Shown piece after piece: positions 36,275 through 38,188 of a stretch of DNA of 38,188 nt. Position numbers and translations under genes: made by a program. Below the pieces are notes generated by a model. It had not been told where the DNA came from and ran no database searches. It saw only the letters and a list, made by a program, of their open reading frames with translations. The first letter of the stretch is position 1, and each line of letters starts with the position of its first letter. Source of the stretch: Promethearchaeota archaeon (GTDB lineage Archaea > Asgardarchaeota > Lokiarchaeia > Sigyniarchaeales > SOKP01); contig SHMW01000037.1 in the NCBI GenBank assembly GCA_008080735.1, positions 1 to 38,188 of the forward strand, written 5' to 3'.

Positions 36275-36997
36275 ATGGCAATCGGCATTGAGAGAATCGT
36301 TTTAACCTTTATCGTCCAAACCATATTGATTTTGACATTTGGTTATATAGGAACAAACATTATGAAAAGAAAAAAGACGAAGCTAAACCTTTATTTTAGC
36401 ATGTTTTTCTTTTCTTTAACAATTGGAAATATTATAAATATAATATATGTTCTAATCTACGCATATGGAGGGACTTCTCTAGAACTCGTGGTTGTAATAA
36501 TGCATTTGATTACAAATTTCTTTAATTTCTTTGGATTAGCATTCCTTTTTGTGGTAAACCAAATTATTCTCAAATCAGCAATGGTTTTTACACAAAAGGA
36601 TATTTTACGATATTTTCTGATATATGGAGGCATTTTAATCGTAGGAACAATACTCATTCAGATTTTTGAGGGTGTCACCATGAGTAGTTCAGGGTATCCT
36701 AAATGGAGTATTTACTACTTTTTATTCATACTTCTATCAGTTGTGGGAATTGCTCTTTTCCCTATCTTAAATACATCTTACAAGATTTTTAACCAATTAG
36801 AAGGAGAGGAAATTCGAAGGAGGTATTTATATTTTCTTTTGGGAATTTTTGGGTTAAGCCCATTATTAGTAGTAATAATTTTTTCCAATCTTTTAGATAT
36901 ACCAATATTCCGGACGATAACGAGCATACTGTCAATTTCAATGATCCTATGGGTTATTCTGATCTATTATGGTCTTAGAAGGCAAACTACAAAGTAA
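36275..36997 (+). CDS. Stand-alone 7-TM membrane protein, paralog 3
   Basis: Colinear with 33425..34138 (ER.VLTFIVQ, HLITNFFNFFG, VVNQIILKSAMVF, MSSSGYP.WSIYYF, IYYGLRR); AGGTG SD. Confidence 0.87.
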   Translation: MAIGIERIVLTFIVQTILILTFGYIGTNIMKRKKTKLNLYFSMFFFSLTIGNIINIIYVLIYAYGGTSLELVVVIMHLITNFFNFFGLAFLFVVNQIILKSAMVFTQKDILRYFLIYGGILIVGTILIQIFEGVTMSSSGYPKWSIYYFLFILLSVVGIALFPILNTSYKIFNQLEGEEIRRRYLYFLLGIFGLSPLLVVIIFSNLLDIPIFRTITSILSISMILWVILIYYGLRRQTTK

Positions 36998-37074
36998 ATT
37001 AAAATTTTAATTATAATTTTTTTTCCACTGGAATAGGAATTTTAGCAAATAATTAGGAAATTAGGGAGGATTTT

Positions 37075-38178
37075 ATGCAGAAACAAGAAAGTATAGAATA
37101 TTTTTATTTATACGAGACAAATAATAAAGAGAAATACGGCTTGAGATATGCAATCCCCGAAGATGCTGACAGAATCTCTGAACTTTATATCCAAGAATAC
37201 GGTTATAATTATGTGAACCCTATTATCTATGATCAACATGAATTAGAGGGACATATCGCAGATGAGGAAAATATATGGATCATTGGAGAGAATTTAGAGA
37301 ATGGGGAATTAATCGCGATCAGTTTGATGGAATTGAAGGAGAATTATGCCTTTTCTAGCAAAACCATTATAAGGAAAAGCTATAGGGGTTTAGGTTTAGG
37401 GTCTCGATTTGGCTTTAGGAGTGTGAAAGAGCTTCATGAATCTGGAGCTTTAGATAATCGAATTAAAATCGATTCTGATGTAAGAGGAGTACAAATTACT
37501 GCACAAAGATTATCTGAAAATTCTAGGGGGTTGGCTTACGGGTTTATTCCCTTGTATAATAATTTTGGAGATAAAAGAGATTTGAGTAGCGATTATTATA
37601 ATCCATACCCCACTCAAGATGAAGAAAGCGCATATCTTTATTTTTCACCACTACCACGTCTTTCGAATAATAGGTCAAATGAAGTCTATTTATTAGATAA
37701 TGAGCTAATTACTTTCTTCTATGATTATATGAAAAACATCAAGCGAGTGACAAAAAATATAATGAAACGAGATACAGTTTACTTGACAAAAGTTAAGGAA
37801 ACACCCGAATATTTAGAAAAGGAAGATATTTCAGTGTCTATTGATCTTTACGGTTCAAGAGTAAAACTTTTGGGAGTGACTGATTATAAAGTCGTAGAAT
37901 TCTTGATGGATAAGTTCAAAAATTACAGGATGCTAATTTGGCACATTCCAGCCACCCTAAAAGGTGTCAAATCAATGCAACAAGTATTAGATAACGGATT
38001 TATCGTCTGCGGATATAATCTCGGGGGTTTTAAGCCTCGTTATTCTGATGTATTGGTAGACTCGGTGATTTTTGCTAAGTATCTCAATGAAATGTCAAGA
38101 AATTCTCTAAAGGAAAATATTTCTTGTACCGAGATGAATGAGCCTATACTTAAACACGTATTAAAACAGTTAAAGTAA
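37075..38178 (+). CDS. GNAT-family acyltransferase, copy B
   Basis: Colinear with 34201..35295; motif A IIRKSYRGLGLG; GGAGG SD. Confidence 0.82.
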   Translation: MQKQESIEYFYLYETNNKEKYGLRYAIPEDADRISELYIQEYGYNYVNPIIYDQHELEGHIADEENIWIIGENLENGELIAISLMELKENYAFSSKTIIRKSYRGLGLGSRFGFRSVKELHESGALDNRIKIDSDVRGVQITAQRLSENSRGLAYGFIPLYNNFGDKRDLSSDYYNPYPTQDEESAYLYFSPLPRLSNNRSNEVYLLDNELITFFYDYMKNIKRVTKNIMKRDTVYLTKVKETPEYLEKEDISVSIDLYGSRVKLLGVTDYKVVEFLMDKFKNYRMLIWHIPATLKGVKSMQQVLDNGFIVCGYNLGGFKPRYSDVLVDSVIFAKYLNEMSRNSLKENISCTEMNEPILKHVLKQLK

Positions 38179-38188
38179 TTCTGTTAAT

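Larger units (their letters stand above)
33425..38178 (+). repeat. Diverged direct duplication of the 7TM+GNAT cassette (33425-35295 and 36275-38178)
   Basis: Same gene order, similar lengths and spacing, many identical peptide blocks in both genes. Confidence 0.9.

Noticed and set aside
145-36657. Short ORFs antisense to or overlapping confident genes (e.g. 145-360, 819-1094, 11963-12301, 14712-15254, 15328-15600, 27220-27444, 27434-27703, 36457-36657)
   Set aside because: Shadow frames of well-supported genes with no motifs of their own
33425-36997. Microbial rhodopsin/heliorhodopsin identity for the 7-TM proteins
   Set aside because: No retinal-binding Lys in TM7 (no DxxxK or SxxxK)

Overview
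AT-rich, gene-dense archaeal chromosomal segment, most consistent with an Asgard archaeon (Lokiarchaeia/Promethearchaeota-like). The evidence is archaeal markers (Sm1-rpl37e pair, SepCysS, tRNA-splicing endonuclease subunit, PINA ATPase, archaeal SepF) together with eukaryote-like proteins (ubiquitin ending in GG, roadblock, longin-like domain, SIRT6-like sirtuin, scramblase/LURP1 domain). About 35 CDS are supported. I saw no rRNA, tRNA, CRISPR array or IS element. The best candidate for an undescribed system is at the right end (30.5-38.2 kb): a duplicated two-gene module of a stand-alone 7-TM receptor-like protein plus a ~365-aa GNAT acyltransferase, with a longin-like gene between the copies and a third 7-TM paralog (apparent ATA start) nearby. 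Other highlights are a class-IV (SIRT6/7-type) sirtuin, a GC-rich hairpin that places the ubiquitin stop codon in its loop, an EndA paralog lacking catalytic residues, and an unannotated 58-aa ORF upstream of a bacterial-type ligA. All assignments come from motif recognition by eye; no searches were run.
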